Source: Bacteroidota bacterium (GTDB lineage Bacteria; Bacteroidota; Bacteroidia; Flavobacteriales_D; Crocinitomicaceae). From it: DNA of 55,203 nt. The stretch covers positions 1 to 55,203 of the forward strand of contig VGML01000001.1 of assembly GCA_016866415.1 (NCBI GenBank), written 5' to 3'. The position numbers and the translations under genes were made by a program. Shown here in pieces: positions 29,999-40,410 of this stretch. The notes below the pieces were generated by a model, which saw nothing but the letters and a program-made list of their open reading frames with translations, had not been told where the DNA came from and did no database searches. Each line of letters opens with the position of its first letter. Position 1 is the stretch's first letter.

Positions 29999-31676
29999 TG
30001 TATATTTTAGAAAAGTCGATTATACCAGAATTGTTAATTTGAAAATCACGAACACGCAAATTCACAATTACAAATATATCCTCACTGAAAATAGGGACCA
30101 TTGCTGCCTTTTCAACAAGAACTTTGTCTAGGGCGTTTTGTAATTTGTTTCTCTTTAACAAATCTCTTGTCCGTTCGATTTGTAGGTAAATTGAGTCGAA
30201 TACTTTATCATTAAAATTATTATAGTTGCTTTCCTCGCTAGAAAAACCCGTTTTATTTCCATAGAAAACCCTAAAATACGCTTCTGCATCTGGGTAATCT
30301 GGTACCCATGCAGACTTCCAAATTTTAGCTTTTCCCGATAAAATAGCTTTGTGTTTTTGATCTAATGAACAATATTTTACATCTAATTCTATACCTATAT
30401 TTTCTTTTAGTTGCCTAACTATTTCTCTTGACCATTTATCGGTAATTCCGCCTTTTTGAGCATTTATATAAAAGGTTAGCTTTGGAAAATGGTTATTTTC
30501 ATCATAGCCCGCTTCAGTCATTAATTTTTTGGCAATTGTCGGATTGAACAACAAAATTTCCGTGATGTTGGGTTTATAATAATCGTTATTTGGTACGAAG
30601 CCATTAATTGCGTAATTTCCTTCTCCGTTCATTGCATCATAACAAATTCTTTTTCTATCAATAGCCAATAAAAATGCCCTTCTAACCAATTCATTATTAA
30701 AAGGATAACTTGAACAATCAAAAGACAAATAATTTATTTTTGTTCCCTTTTTTACAACAACTCTGTGTAATAGGTTTTTTCCCTTCTGAGCGTCTGCTAA
30801 CGATCCAAATGTGTGATCCAATTCGTCAACAGGAAGCTGAAATAAGATGTCTGCCTCTTTTTTCGAAAAAGACATATATTCTGAACGTATTCCTGAAGAA
30901 TTTAAAATACGCACTTCAGCCAAAAAAGGAAGCTGGTTTCCGTAACGATCTTTTTTCCAATAAGAATTGTTTCGTTCTAATATTATTCGACTTTTTTCGG
31001 ATGATTTGAGTAAAAAAGGCCCTGTTCCTATTGGATGATAAATTATATCATCTTTGTACTTTGAAAATACAGTTTTGGAAAAAACAATCAAACTCGGATG
31101 CGTCAATAACTTTTGAAAGTTTGGATAATTATCCGTAAGACTCAATTGTAACGTCGAATCATTAATCACTTTTATTCCCTTAACTCCGCTCTCTGGAACA
31201 TGATTCGAAGAATTTTTATAATATGCTTGTCCTCCCACTATTTTATCTCTTAAAAGTGAACCAAACGAATTCCATTTATTTGCTGAACAAGCGAAGGAGA
31301 GAGAAAATTTAACATCCTCGGCTAACATTTTTAATGCACCTACAGATTCATCACTATGAAAATAAACATCATTTCTTAATCCAACAGTTATTGTTTTTCC
31401 ATCTTGAGATGTCTTAATGCTTTTGGCGAGATTATGAACTATTTTACCTTTTTCATCAAGAATAAAGAGTGGTTCAAAAATTTGTGAAAGGATTCTTTGA
31501 TTATAAACAGTAGGTGAGTAAAGCGGAAAAAAAACATCGGTCTTTTCAGGAGTGAAATAGGTGAAAACACCCCCATACTTTTTTCCTCCTAAAGCAACTT
31601 TATCATCTAGTTTTTCTTTACATGAAAATAAAAGAATGGCGATTCCAAAAAAAAATGCACTTGGTTTAGAAATCAT
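29982..31676 (-). CDS. ABC-transporter solute-binding protein, family 5 (peptide/nickel type), lipoprotein; no cognate permease or ATPase in the window
   Basis: Lipobox (LLFSCKE). The length and sequence pattern fit SBP_bac_5 (e.g. ...NNSYWKKDRYGNQLPFL..., ...WVPDYPDAEAYF...). The 3' end overlaps kynA by 17 nt in convergent orientation. Confidence 0.78.
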   Translation of the reverse strand: MISKPSAFFFGIAILLFSCKEKLDDKVALGGKKYGGVFTYFTPEKTDVFFPLYSPTVYNQRILSQIFEPLFILDEKGKIVHNLAKSIKTSQDGKTITVGLRNDVYFHSDESVGALKMLAEDVKFSLSFACSANKWNSFGSLLRDKIVGGQAYYKNSSNHVPESGVKGIKVINDSTLQLSLTDNYPNFQKLLTHPSLIVFSKTVFSKYKDDIIYHPIGTGPFLLKSSEKSRIILERNNSYWKKDRYGNQLPFLAEVRILNSSGIRSEYMSFSKKEADILFQLPVDELDHTFGSLADAQKGKNLLHRVVVKKGTKINYLSFDCSSYPFNNELVRRAFLLAIDRKRICYDAMNGEGNYAINGFVPNNDYYKPNITEILLFNPTIAKKLMTEAGYDENNHFPKLTFYINAQKGGITDKWSREIVRQLKENIGIELDVKYCSLDQKHKAILSGKAKIWKSAWVPDYPDAEAYFRVFYGNKTGFSSEESNYNNFNDKVFDSIYLQIERTRDLLKRNKLQNALDKVLVEKAAMVPIFSEDIFVIVNLRVRDFQINNSGIIDFSKIYIKEVF

Positions 31677-31704
31677 TTTATAAAGTTAAATGATTTCTTT
31701 TAAA

Positions 31705-34065
31705 TTAATTTTCCGATCTAACCAAATGAATGAAACCGTGACCTTCCAGTTCTTGACCTGCTATTCCAACTCCAATGTACTTAAAGAAATAAACACCATT
31801 CTCAGATTCACCGCCATCCCAAGATGGATTATTATTTACTAAATCTTCACTTGTTTCATCAAAAACTACATTTCCCCAACGGTTAAGAATAATTAATTGC
31901 AGAGATTTCAAGTTCAACCAATCCAACTCAAATAGATCATTTAATCCGTCCTTGTTAGGAGTGAAAACATTAGGTGCTTCAATAATTGGGTCTGGGAAAA
32001 TACAACTTCCATCATCTACTGTTGCGTATGGGTTGTAGTTATCTGCTTCTAAATTTGTACATCCACAAACCGTTGATACAACACCTATAACACTTGTATC
32101 TGAACAAAATTGTCCTTGTTGTACAATAAGTTGAATTGTGTATGCTTGATTCATCAAAGAATCAGTAAAGACGTGTGTGAAACCACTTAAATCAGTCGTA
32201 GTGTTTGTAGTACCATCGCCCAGATTCCATAAATAAGCAGTTCCATTTTGACTCGTGTTTGTGATCGTAACCTCCAACGGAGAACATCCGGAAAGTGGAG
32301 ATACACTAAACGATGCAACTGGAGGATCGAGTAAATCAACAAAAACACTGTCATTAACCGAACAAACATTGTCCGTAACAGTAAAATAATACCAACCGGA
32401 AGGAATATTCTCCCAAACAGAGGCGTCAATAAAGTTAGGGTTGTTAGCCCCCGGTCCCGTCCAATTGTAAGACGGAATACCTGTTATTCCTGTAGCTAAT
32501 CCCCAGACCACGCCTGTTGGTTGACAACTAGAAGGCACAGTCCCCATAGTATCAATTGCAAGAGTTTGATTCATGGTAATTGTAACCGTATCTATATTAG
32601 AAAAATTACATTGGTCTGTTGCAGTTACTAAATAGGAAATCGTTCCATTTTGCGATATAGAGCCATAAATTGTATCGCCTGTGCCCGCGGGGACGCCGCC
32701 AATATCTGTCCATTCAAAATCATACGGTGCGTAGCCTCCCGATGCTGAAGCAAACAAAGGAATATTATCTGTTGCACATTGAACAATAGGGTCGTTTTCA
32801 GAAATATTGATAATTGGACCTTCACCTATATAAATCGTTCCTGATGAAAATATCGTGTCATTACATGGATTAATAATTTCAACTGTAATAATTACTGACT
32901 CAAATCCCTCATTAATACCATCTTGAGTAGGAATTAGTGTTATTACAACAGAATCTTGCCCAGGTAGAAAAATGATTGTGTCAGGCAAGGAGTTATAGTC
33001 AACCCCCTCTATTGCATCTCCCGTTATGGTATAGTTTATCATTAATGTATCATCAAGTTGTCCGACTGGACGAGTAAAGATAAAATTAGCATCAGTACAG
33101 CCTTCAACAATTGTTGTATCACCAGAAACAGTTGCAACAGTAACCGCAACAGCATCAGAAGCAAAACTACCGGCCTCTAAGAACACACCGGAGTCATAGG
33201 ATTGGTCTCCAACGTTTGATATGGCAAGTTTAATATGATAAGTTTGATTACACTGAACTGACGCCGCAGCTGTTAGAACTACCGTTGTTCCATCATATTG
33301 AATGGCCGTTCCATAAGTTGATCCGTTGTCATTAAACACATAATATGCAGTGTTAGAGGCGTCTCCAACATTATTAATGGTTACAGGAATTCCACCAGGT
33401 ATAACTGCTACATTTGCCCCGCCAGCAGGATAACCAGCAAGTGTATATGGGCCAGATATTCCCGGCCCCCACAAAAAAAGCCCAAAAGCATCATTGAATG
33501 ACGAAGGAGAAAATTCTGGATACTCATCTGAACCAAAAATGTATCGGAAACTCATAGTATCTCCTGATGGAACAAAATCAAACTCTAAAACAGTTCCATT
33601 TGTAACTGTACCATTAGCAATTGCATTTAGGTGTGGGTCTGTTGAAACATTTGTGGTAGCTGGAGCATTGTTAGTAAAACTAGTTGAATTATTAGGTCCT
33701 TGTGCACCAATCCCATTTCCAGTTGTTAAAAGCATTCCAGCGTTGAAGGGAAAAGCAGGATTATTATTAGTGAATGAAGTGATGTTACTTACAGGGGTGT
33801 TCGCATTTAAAGGACTTCCGTTAATTGTAATATTGGAAGCAGTTACGCCAAACCCTAATAAAACATTGTTTACTAACTGGGAGGGCGTCTGTGCCGTATT
33901 AACAAGGATGTTTTGGGCTTTTATCACTAGACAATTTACTGTAATTACAAGGGCAATGAAGAATATCTTTTTCAAAACAAAAGTATTAGTTAATACATAA
34001 GACAACCGAAAAGTAAAATTGGTTGCATGTAAAATTAATGTTTTGTTTTTATACTTCAAAATCAA
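31705..34065 (-). CDS. large secreted surface protein with a choice-of-anchor-L-like N-terminal domain, Ig/PKD-like repeats and a gliding-motility-associated (T9SS type B) C-terminal domain
   Basis: The C-terminal motif NVFTPNKDGLNDLFEL...LIILNRWGNVVF is the signature of the CHU_C / type B sorting domain. The N-terminal region LVNNVLLGFGVTASNITINGS...EFDFVPSGDTMSFRYIFGSDEYPEF matches the choice-of-anchor L pattern. The true start is probably the TTG at 33975, giving (M)KKIFFIALVITVNCLVIKAQ. Confidence 0.8.
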   Translation of the reverse strand: MILKYKNKTLILHATNFTFRLSYVLTNTFVLKKIFFIALVITVNCLVIKAQNILVNTAQTPSQLVNNVLLGFGVTASNITINGSPLNANTPVSNITSFTNNNPAFPFNAGMLLTTGNGIGAQGPNNSTSFTNNAPATTNVSTDPHLNAIANGTVTNGTVLEFDFVPSGDTMSFRYIFGSDEYPEFSPSSFNDAFGLFLWGPGISGPYTLAGYPAGGANVAVIPGGIPVTINNVGDASNTAYYVFNDNGSTYGTAIQYDGTTVVLTAAASVQCNQTYHIKLAISNVGDQSYDSGVFLEAGSFASDAVAVTVATVSGDTTIVEGCTDANFIFTRPVGQLDDTLMINYTITGDAIEGVDYNSLPDTIIFLPGQDSVVITLIPTQDGINEGFESVIITVEIINPCNDTIFSSGTIYIGEGPIINISENDPIVQCATDNIPLFASASGGYAPYDFEWTDIGGVPAGTGDTIYGSISQNGTISYLVTATDQCNFSNIDTVTITMNQTLAIDTMGTVPSSCQPTGVVWGLATGITGIPSYNWTGPGANNPNFIDASVWENIPSGWYYFTVTDNVCSVNDSVFVDLLDPPVASFSVSPLSGCSPLEVTITNTSQNGTAYLWNLGDGTTNTTTDLSGFTHVFTDSLMNQAYTIQLIVQQGQFCSDTSVIGVVSTVCGCTNLEADNYNPYATVDDGSCIFPDPIIEAPNVFTPNKDGLNDLFELDWLNLKSLQLIILNRWGNVVFDETSEDLVNNNPSWDGGESENGVYFFKYIGVGIAGQELEGHGFIHLVRSEN

Positions 34066-34099
34066 TCCTTTTTAGCAACTTTGAATATCTTATTTTTTA

Positions 34100-35494
34100 A
34101 TGATGATAAAAACACAAGAATATATTCAATCGGAAAAAGAAAAGTTTGTTTCCGAGCTGTTGGATCTACTTAAAATCCCATCTATTTCTGCCGACCCTGC
34201 TTTTAAAAATAACGTCATGAATTGCGCAGAAAGACTTGCCGAAAAATTGCGTGAAATCGGAATTGAAAAAGTTGAAAGTTGTCAAACAGCAGGTTATCCA
34301 ATTGTCTATGGAGAGAAATTAATAAATCCAAATTTACCGACTGTTTTGGTATATGGACATTACGATGTGCAACCTGCAGATCCAATCGAATTGTGGGCCT
34401 CTCCTCCATTTGAACCCGTAATCAAGAAAACAGAAATACATCCCGAAGGGGCCATATTTGCAAGAGGGGCGTGCGACGACAAAGGACAAATGTTCATGCA
34501 TGTTAAGGCGGTCGAAGCTATGCTAAAGGCAAATGAACTACCCTGTAACGTAAAATTCATGATTGAGGGGGAAGAGGAAGTTGGAAGTGAAAACTTGGGG
34601 ATTTTTGTAAAAAACAACAAAGAGAAACTAAACGCTGACATCATTCTAGTTTCAGATACAGGGATGCTTGCAAACGACACGCCGTCGGTTACAACAGGTT
34701 TAAGAGGATTAAGTTATGTAGAAGTTGAGGTTACTGGACCAAATCGAGATTTACACTCCGGGTTGTATGGTGGTTGCGTGGCAAATCCAATCAATGTCTT
34801 GGCTCAAATGATCGCTTCTTTACATGACGAAAATGGAAAAATCACCATTCCTGGATTCTATGATAAAGTTGTTGAATTATCAGATGAAGAACGCGCAGAA
34901 ATGGCAAAAGCACCATTTTCTCATGAAGAATATTGTAAAGCATTGGATTTAAAAGATGTGATGGGGGAGGCTGGTTATTCGACTCCTGAGCGCGGTTCTA
35001 TTCGGCCAACATTGGATGTGAATGGAATTTGGGGAGGATATACGGGAGAAGGTGCTAAAACCGTTATCGCTTCCAAAGCTTATGCGAAGATTTCAATGCG
35101 TTTGGTCCCTGATCAAGATCCGGAAGAAATAACACTATTATTCAAAAATCATTTTGAAGCCATTACACCTAACGGCGTGAGAGTTGTTGTTAAACCTCAT
35201 CATGGAGGAGAGGCAGCTGTTACACCAATCGATTCAGTTGGATACAAAGCAGCAAGCTTGGCTTATGAAAAAGCGTTTGGTAAGAAACCAATTCCTGTTC
35301 GAAGTGGAGGAAGCATTCCAATTGTTGCAATGTTTGAAAAAGAATTGGGATTAAAAACCATTTTGATGGGTTTCGGCTTGAATAGTGATGCAATCCACTC
35401 ACCAAACGAACACTACGGACTATTCAATTTTTACAAAGGAATTGAAACCATACCTTATTTCTATCACTTTTTTACCGAATTAAATGCAAAATAA
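34100..35494 (+). CDS. M20-family dipeptidase
   Basis: M20 metal-ligand contexts (LVYGHYDVQP, ARGACDDKG, IEGEEEVGS, ...HSPNEH) and a dimerisation-domain insert. Confidence 0.85.
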   Translation: MMIKTQEYIQSEKEKFVSELLDLLKIPSISADPAFKNNVMNCAERLAEKLREIGIEKVESCQTAGYPIVYGEKLINPNLPTVLVYGHYDVQPADPIELWASPPFEPVIKKTEIHPEGAIFARGACDDKGQMFMHVKAVEAMLKANELPCNVKFMIEGEEEVGSENLGIFVKNNKEKLNADIILVSDTGMLANDTPSVTTGLRGLSYVEVEVTGPNRDLHSGLYGGCVANPINVLAQMIASLHDENGKITIPGFYDKVVELSDEERAEMAKAPFSHEEYCKALDLKDVMGEAGYSTPERGSIRPTLDVNGIWGGYTGEGAKTVIASKAYAKISMRLVPDQDPEEITLLFKNHFEAITPNGVRVVVKPHHGGEAAVTPIDSVGYKAASLAYEKAFGKKPIPVRSGGSIPIVAMFEKELGLKTILMGFGLNSDAIHSPNEHYGLFNFYKGIETIPYFYHFFTELNAK

Positions 35495-35957
35495 AAATCA
35501 AATTCTTTCCTGGTTTTCTATTCTTGTTCTTCTTACTTCGTGCAGTTTTCAGCAACCGGTATTCATAAAGTATGAGGGCTTTGATATGGGAAAAATGGAC
35601 ACGAAAACGGTATCTTTTACTATCAAAGCAAGCATTTACAATCCAAATTGGTATACCTTGAAAGTAAAGCCTTCTTCGCTGGATGTTAGCGCTTCGGATG
35701 GAAAACTTGGAACGTTGTACTTGGATGAAAAAGTTAAAATGAAAGGAAGAAAAGAAACATCAATAGAAGCTCCTATGCACATCGATTTGGAGAAAGGAAT
35801 AATGATGAAACTAATGTCATTTAGCTTAAAAGATTCTGTGAAAATCAGCTTGAAAGGTGACGTTCGTGGCGGTGTGTTTTTCATTACAAAAAAAATCCCT
35901 ATGGAGTTTTCTAGAAGTGTTTCACCAAAAGATTTGAATCCTTTTAAACGAAATTAA
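35484..35957 (+). CDS. LEA-2 / NDR1-HIN1-like lipoprotein
   Basis: Lipobox (LLTSCSF), then the beta-sandwich pattern typical of LEA_2 proteins (F.I.A.IYNPN...LDV...G..LG). Moderate confidence only. Confidence 0.5.
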   Translation: MQNKNQILSWFSILVLLTSCSFQQPVFIKYEGFDMGKMDTKTVSFTIKASIYNPNWYTLKVKPSSLDVSASDGKLGTLYLDEKVKMKGRKETSIEAPMHIDLEKGIMMKLMSFSLKDSVKISLKGDVRGGVFFITKKIPMEFSRSVSPKDLNPFKRN

Positions 35958-35960
35958 TTT

Positions 35961-38771
35961 ATGCTTTCTGCCGACGTTCCAAAAAAACTCTTTCTACTCG
36001 ATGCTTATGCGTTGATATATCGCGCCTACTTTGCCTTTGCTAAAAACCCGCGCGTTAACTCAAAAGGGCAAAATACCTCTGCTGCGTTTGGTTTTACCAA
36101 TGTGTTGATTGATGTTATAAAAAACGAAAAACCTTCGCATTTGGCTGTTGTTTTTGATCCTCCTGGTGGTTCAACGCATCGAATCGACGGGTTTGACGCT
36201 TACAAGGCACATCGAGAAGAAATGCCGGAAGACATTCGTTCCATGATTCATCCGATTAAACAGATTGTGGAAGCATTCAACATTCCAATTATGGAAGTTC
36301 CTGGTTATGAAGCGGATGATGTGATTGGAACCGTTGCTAAAATTGCTGAAAAACGAGGTTATATCACCTATATGATGACCCCCGACAAAGATTACGGACA
36401 ATTGGTGTCGGAAAAATCATTCATTTTCAAACCCGGTCGAGGGGGAAATCCTCCTGAGATTTTAGGTGTCAAAGAAGTCTGTGAAAAGTTTGAAGTTGAA
36501 CGCACCGAACAAGTAATTGATATTTTAGGATTGTGGGGTGATGCTTCGGATAACATTCCTGGAATACCCGGAATAGGTGAGAAAACCGCTAAAACGTTGA
36601 TTGCCAAATACGGCTCAATGGAAAACCTTTTCGAACATACACATGAATTAAAAGGTAAACAACAAGAGAATGTAATTAATTTCAAAGAGCAAGGTTTAGT
36701 TTCTAAAATGTTGGCAACCATCATCACTGATTTAGATGTAGAATTCGATGAAGAAAAACTAGTAATGTGTGAAGTTGATACAGAAAAAGTCAAAGAAATT
36801 TTCACGGAACTGGAATTCAGAAATTTAGCCAAACGTCTCATCGGAGAGGAGATTGTTGTTTCATCTTCGCCAAGCAATTCAAGTGATACAGGTCAACTCG
36901 ATTTATTTGGAATGCAAAGCATGGTGGAACCACAAGAACCCATAGAAACCGTAAATTACAAAACCATTGTTACCGAGCGCCCGAGCTACCATTTAATCAC
37001 AACTCCAGAAGAGCGAAAAGAGTTGTTAGAATTGTTGTTGAAACAATCGCAAGTGTGCTTTGATACGGAAACTACCGACATAGATGCGTTACATGCTGAT
37101 TTAGTAGGTTTTTCATTTTCTTACAAAGCACGAGAAGCTTTTTATGTGGCAGTGCCTAAAGAATTTGAGTCCGCGAAAAAAATAATTCATGAATTTCTTT
37201 CGTTCTTCGAAGATCCTTCTATTGAGAAAATCGCACACAACATCAAATACGATTTAAAAGTATTGCAACGCTATGATGTTCAGGTAGCCGCCCCGACCTT
37301 CGATACTATGGTTGCGCATTACCTAATTAATCCAGAAGCAAAGCAAGGTATGGATTTTCTTGCAACGTATTACCTGGGTTATCAGCCAATTTCTATTGAA
37401 ACCTTAATTGGCAAAAAAGGAAAAGGTCAAGGAAATATGGGCGATTTAAAACCCGAAGAAATTTCCGATTACGCTTGTGAAGATGCCGACATAACGTTTC
37501 AGTTGAAACAATTATTTGACGACGAAATCAATAAACCGCATCTTTTTGACTTGTTTTATAAAATGGAAATGCCACTCGTGGAAGTGTTAAAAGACATGGA
37601 ACACGAAGGAATTGCAATCGATGTTAAAGCACTGGAAGATTACTCAAAAGACCTTGAAAAAACCTTGGTTGACCTAGAAAAGGAGATCAAAGAAAAGGCA
37701 GGAATGGACTTCAACATCGATTCACCTAAACAATTGGGTGACATCTTGTTTGAAGTGCTGAAAATCTCAAATAAGGCTAAAAAGACCAAAACAGGGCAAT
37801 ATGCTACTTCTGAGGACATTTTACAGAAACACGAGCACGATCACCCGATTATTCCATTGATTTTGGAATACCGTCAATTGCGAAAATTGAAAAGCACGTA
37901 TGTCGACACATTGCCCACCATGTGTGATAAATCAGATGGCCGCATCCATACCAACTTCATGCAAACGGTTACAGCGACAGGTCGTTTGAGTTCCAATAAT
38001 CCCAACCTTCAGAATGTTCCGATCAAGTCTGAAAAAGGACGTGAAGTTAGAAAAGCATTTGTTTCAAGAAGCAGTGAATACAAATTGATGGCGGTAGATT
38101 ATTCTCAAATCGAGTTGCGCATCATTGCTGCATTAAGCGGAGACAAAAACATGATAAATGCCTTCCGAGAAGGTCACGATATTCACTCAGCGACGGCTGC
38201 CAAAGTTTTCAATATAACAATTGATCAGGTTACACGAGAACAACGTGGGGCGGCGAAAGCAGTGAATTTTGGCATTATTTACGGGCAATCCGCCTTTGGT
38301 TTGGCTCAAAACTTAAATATTTCGAGAACTGAGGCAAAATCGATTATTGATAGCTATTTCGAACAATATCCGACTATCAAATCCTACATGGAAAAAACAA
38401 TCGGCCAAGCGCGTGAAATAGGTTACGTGGAAACAATTATGAAGCGAAGAAGGTATCTTCCGGACATCAATTCTGCAAATGCTGTTGTTCGTGGTTATGC
38501 AGAGCGAAATGCCATTAATGCTCCAATTCAAGGTTCAGCTGCCGACATCATCAAAATGGCGATGGTTGCCGTTCATAAAGCCATGGCAAAGGAAAACGTA
38601 AAATCTAAAATGATTTTGCAAGTGCACGATGAATTGGTTTTCGATGTGCATGTTTCCGAAGAAATGCTGATGCAGGTTCTCGTAAAAGAAGCGATGGAAA
38701 ATGCCATTCAATTAGCCGTTCCGATGGAGGTTGAATTGAAATTGGCGAAGAACTGGTTGGAAGCGCATTAA
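35961..38771 (+). CDS. polA: DNA polymerase I
   Basis: 5'-3' exonuclease domain (LLDAYALIYRAYFA, GDASDNIPGIPGIGEKTA), 3'-5' exonuclease domain (FDTETT), and Pol A motifs (DYSQIELRI, RRxAKAVNFGIIYG, QVHDELVF). Confidence 0.97.
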   Translation: MLSADVPKKLFLLDAYALIYRAYFAFAKNPRVNSKGQNTSAAFGFTNVLIDVIKNEKPSHLAVVFDPPGGSTHRIDGFDAYKAHREEMPEDIRSMIHPIKQIVEAFNIPIMEVPGYEADDVIGTVAKIAEKRGYITYMMTPDKDYGQLVSEKSFIFKPGRGGNPPEILGVKEVCEKFEVERTEQVIDILGLWGDASDNIPGIPGIGEKTAKTLIAKYGSMENLFEHTHELKGKQQENVINFKEQGLVSKMLATIITDLDVEFDEEKLVMCEVDTEKVKEIFTELEFRNLAKRLIGEEIVVSSSPSNSSDTGQLDLFGMQSMVEPQEPIETVNYKTIVTERPSYHLITTPEERKELLELLLKQSQVCFDTETTDIDALHADLVGFSFSYKAREAFYVAVPKEFESAKKIIHEFLSFFEDPSIEKIAHNIKYDLKVLQRYDVQVAAPTFDTMVAHYLINPEAKQGMDFLATYYLGYQPISIETLIGKKGKGQGNMGDLKPEEISDYACEDADITFQLKQLFDDEINKPHLFDLFYKMEMPLVEVLKDMEHEGIAIDVKALEDYSKDLEKTLVDLEKEIKEKAGMDFNIDSPKQLGDILFEVLKISNKAKKTKTGQYATSEDILQKHEHDHPIIPLILEYRQLRKLKSTYVDTLPTMCDKSDGRIHTNFMQTVTATGRLSSNNPNLQNVPIKSEKGREVRKAFVSRSSEYKLMAVDYSQIELRIIAALSGDKNMINAFREGHDIHSATAAKVFNITIDQVTREQRGAAKAVNFGIIYGQSAFGLAQNLNISRTEAKSIIDSYFEQYPTIKSYMEKTIGQAREIGYVETIMKRRRYLPDINSANAVVRGYAERNAINAPIQGSAADIIKMAMVAVHKAMAKENVKSKMILQVHDELVFDVHVSEEMLMQVLVKEAMENAIQLAVPMEVELKLAKNWLEAH

Positions 38772-39024
38772 GTATTGTTGGTCTATTGTAATTAAAATTA
38801 TTGTTTCTTTCAAAATAGATTCAATTTGTTATTGATTCAAATAACCTTTTTCACTAACCTAAATAGGCGGAAATTCAATGGGAAAATGACTTATTTGATG
38901 ATGACCAACAAATTAATTTCAGAGATTAAATGTGTGATGATTACCAGCCTATAACAGCGAATAACCGCAACAAAAACTGCGATTGTCTGCAATCCGTTAA
39001 ACAATAATGCGGAAAACAGTAGCT

Positions 39025-39058
39025 AAAATAAAAATAAAAACGTGCCTAATTAGGCACG
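39025..39058 (-). terminator. intrinsic terminator closing the RT/LRR/MoxR/VWA operon
   Basis: The 18-nt perfect palindrome cgtgcctaattaggcacg (39041..39058) is followed, on the minus strand, by TTTTTATTTTTATTTT. It lies about 180 nt downstream of the VWA gene stop. Confidence 0.65.
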
Positions 39059-39240
39059 CTATAGGTTGCTGAGTTATTACTTTATAAGCTCTGCTTAATT
39101 TAAATTCAAATTCGAGGCTAAAGTAACCCATAAAAATAGCTACTTAACTTTATTCGAACATTAATCAAGATAGGCGAATCGCCTACCAAAATGCTAAAAA
39201 CCTTCTCGCAACCACAACAAAGTTAAAAAAACAATGGGGA

Positions 39241-40410
39241 TTAATCAATAAGATGTAAAACTCGGCCCTTTAAATGGTCTGTGTTATCATTATTTCCATA
39301 AACACACCAAAGAACCGGGACTTTGCATTTAATCGTGTTTGGGCCATAACCATCTGTGAAATAAATTAATCCTGTATAGCCAGAGCGTTGGTTAATCCAC
39401 GAGATTACAGGATCAAAGTTTGTGCCCCCTCCGCCTTTGAGAGTTGGTGGCGTTTTGAATTTTCTAAACTCATAAGTCATTTGTATTTGAGCGTCGCACT
39501 CAATAATTGTAATTGTTGTACCGGTTCTACTAATCTGTTGAATTTCATGCCAAAACAGACTTAAGGTTTCTTTGTCTATTGAGCCAGATGTGTCAATTGC
39601 AACAACTATTCGTTTCAATTTCTTTATTTTGACACCCGGATTCCCTTCGAATCGTTTGCTTTCCTTTCTTCTTGTTGACCTCAAAACTGTTCGGCCACAC
39701 GATGAGTTGAATAACCGCAATATTTGCTTCCAAGAAACTTTCGATGGGGAAGTTGTTGACTCTATAGCTCGTTGAATCTCTTGAGGGAGATTACCATAAT
39801 CCATAGATTTTGCTTTCGCATCCTTTATAACTCGATTAATAACTCTGTCGCTTGGTCTTTCTCCGTTCGAACCCCAAAACTCATGAATGCCTCTTGTTGT
39901 TGCATTTTTTTTACAGTCGTTCAGCGCACTAAAACTTATTGGATGAAGCTCTTTCGCGGAGGGATCTGTTAGCTTTAAAAGCGCATTGTAATAATACTCC
40001 ATTGTTTGTCCTTCCAATAAGTTTAAATCTGGAAACATTGTCAATAGTATTGCCCCTTTAGGAAGAGGCCAAGGGTCAATGTATTGATTTACAACCAAAT
40101 CCGCTGCGACATTTTCAAGAAATGGGTCTTTTTTTTGACCGCGAAACAAATGTTTGAATAAGATATGTAAAACTTCATGCTTTAAAACGCCTATTCGTTC
40201 ATTTTCGGATAGTTTATGAATGAAAAAATCAGGATTTATGCTTAAAAACAACCGTTCTTCCTTAAATGAAACCGCCAATGTTTCTATTTGTGGCACAAAA
40301 ATACGAGTCAGACTCGATATTACATGCGCATAAAACGATTCGTTTCTAAGGAGTTTTATTACCGAAGAAGAAACAATGGAATCTAAATTCTTTATTTGAT
40401 CTGCAGACAT
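39241..40410 (-). CDS. VWA-domain protein with an N-terminal zincin-like (HExxH) putative metallopeptidase domain (DUF2201-type architecture)
   Basis: HEVLH at aa 78-82 (nt 40165..40179) inside LKHEVLHILFKH. MIDAS motif DTSGS at aa 273-277 (VVAIDTSGSID). The C-terminal LIYFTDGYG is typical of the VWA-like DUF2201 domain. The start overlaps the MoxR stop by 1 nt (TAATG). Confidence 0.85.
   Translation of the reverse strand: MSADQIKNLDSIVSSSVIKLLRNESFYAHVISSLTRIFVPQIETLAVSFKEERLFLSINPDFFIHKLSENERIGVLKHEVLHILFKHLFRGQKKDPFLENVAADLVVNQYIDPWPLPKGAILLTMFPDLNLLEGQTMEYYYNALLKLTDPSAKELHPISFSALNDCKKNATTRGIHEFWGSNGERPSDRVINRVIKDAKAKSMDYGNLPQEIQRAIESTTSPSKVSWKQILRLFNSSCGRTVLRSTRRKESKRFEGNPGVKIKKLKRIVVAIDTSGSIDKETLSLFWHEIQQISRTGTTITIIECDAQIQMTYEFRKFKTPPTLKGGGGTNFDPVISWINQRSGYTGLIYFTDGYGPNTIKCKVPVLWCVYGNNDNTDHLKGRVLHLID

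Noticed and set aside
33494-34000. 168-aa plus-strand ORF, along with 32187..32429 and 32628..32825 on the minus strand, inside the large T9SS surface-protein gene
   Set aside because: They are fully nested within a well-supported 786-aa CDS, either antisense or out of frame. The translations are low-complexity with no motifs, so they are shadow ORFs.
36392-36877. 161-aa minus-strand ORF (and 36171..36401, 38313..38531) inside polA
   Set aside because: They are antisense to an unambiguous polA reading frame with all catalytic motifs. Their Ser/Pro-rich translations are typical of shadow frames.
38886-38954. 22-codon plus-strand ORF (MTYLMMTNKLISEIKCVMITSL) downstream of polA
   Set aside because: It is too short, has no supporting signal, and sits in an AT-rich spacer where such ORFs arise by chance.
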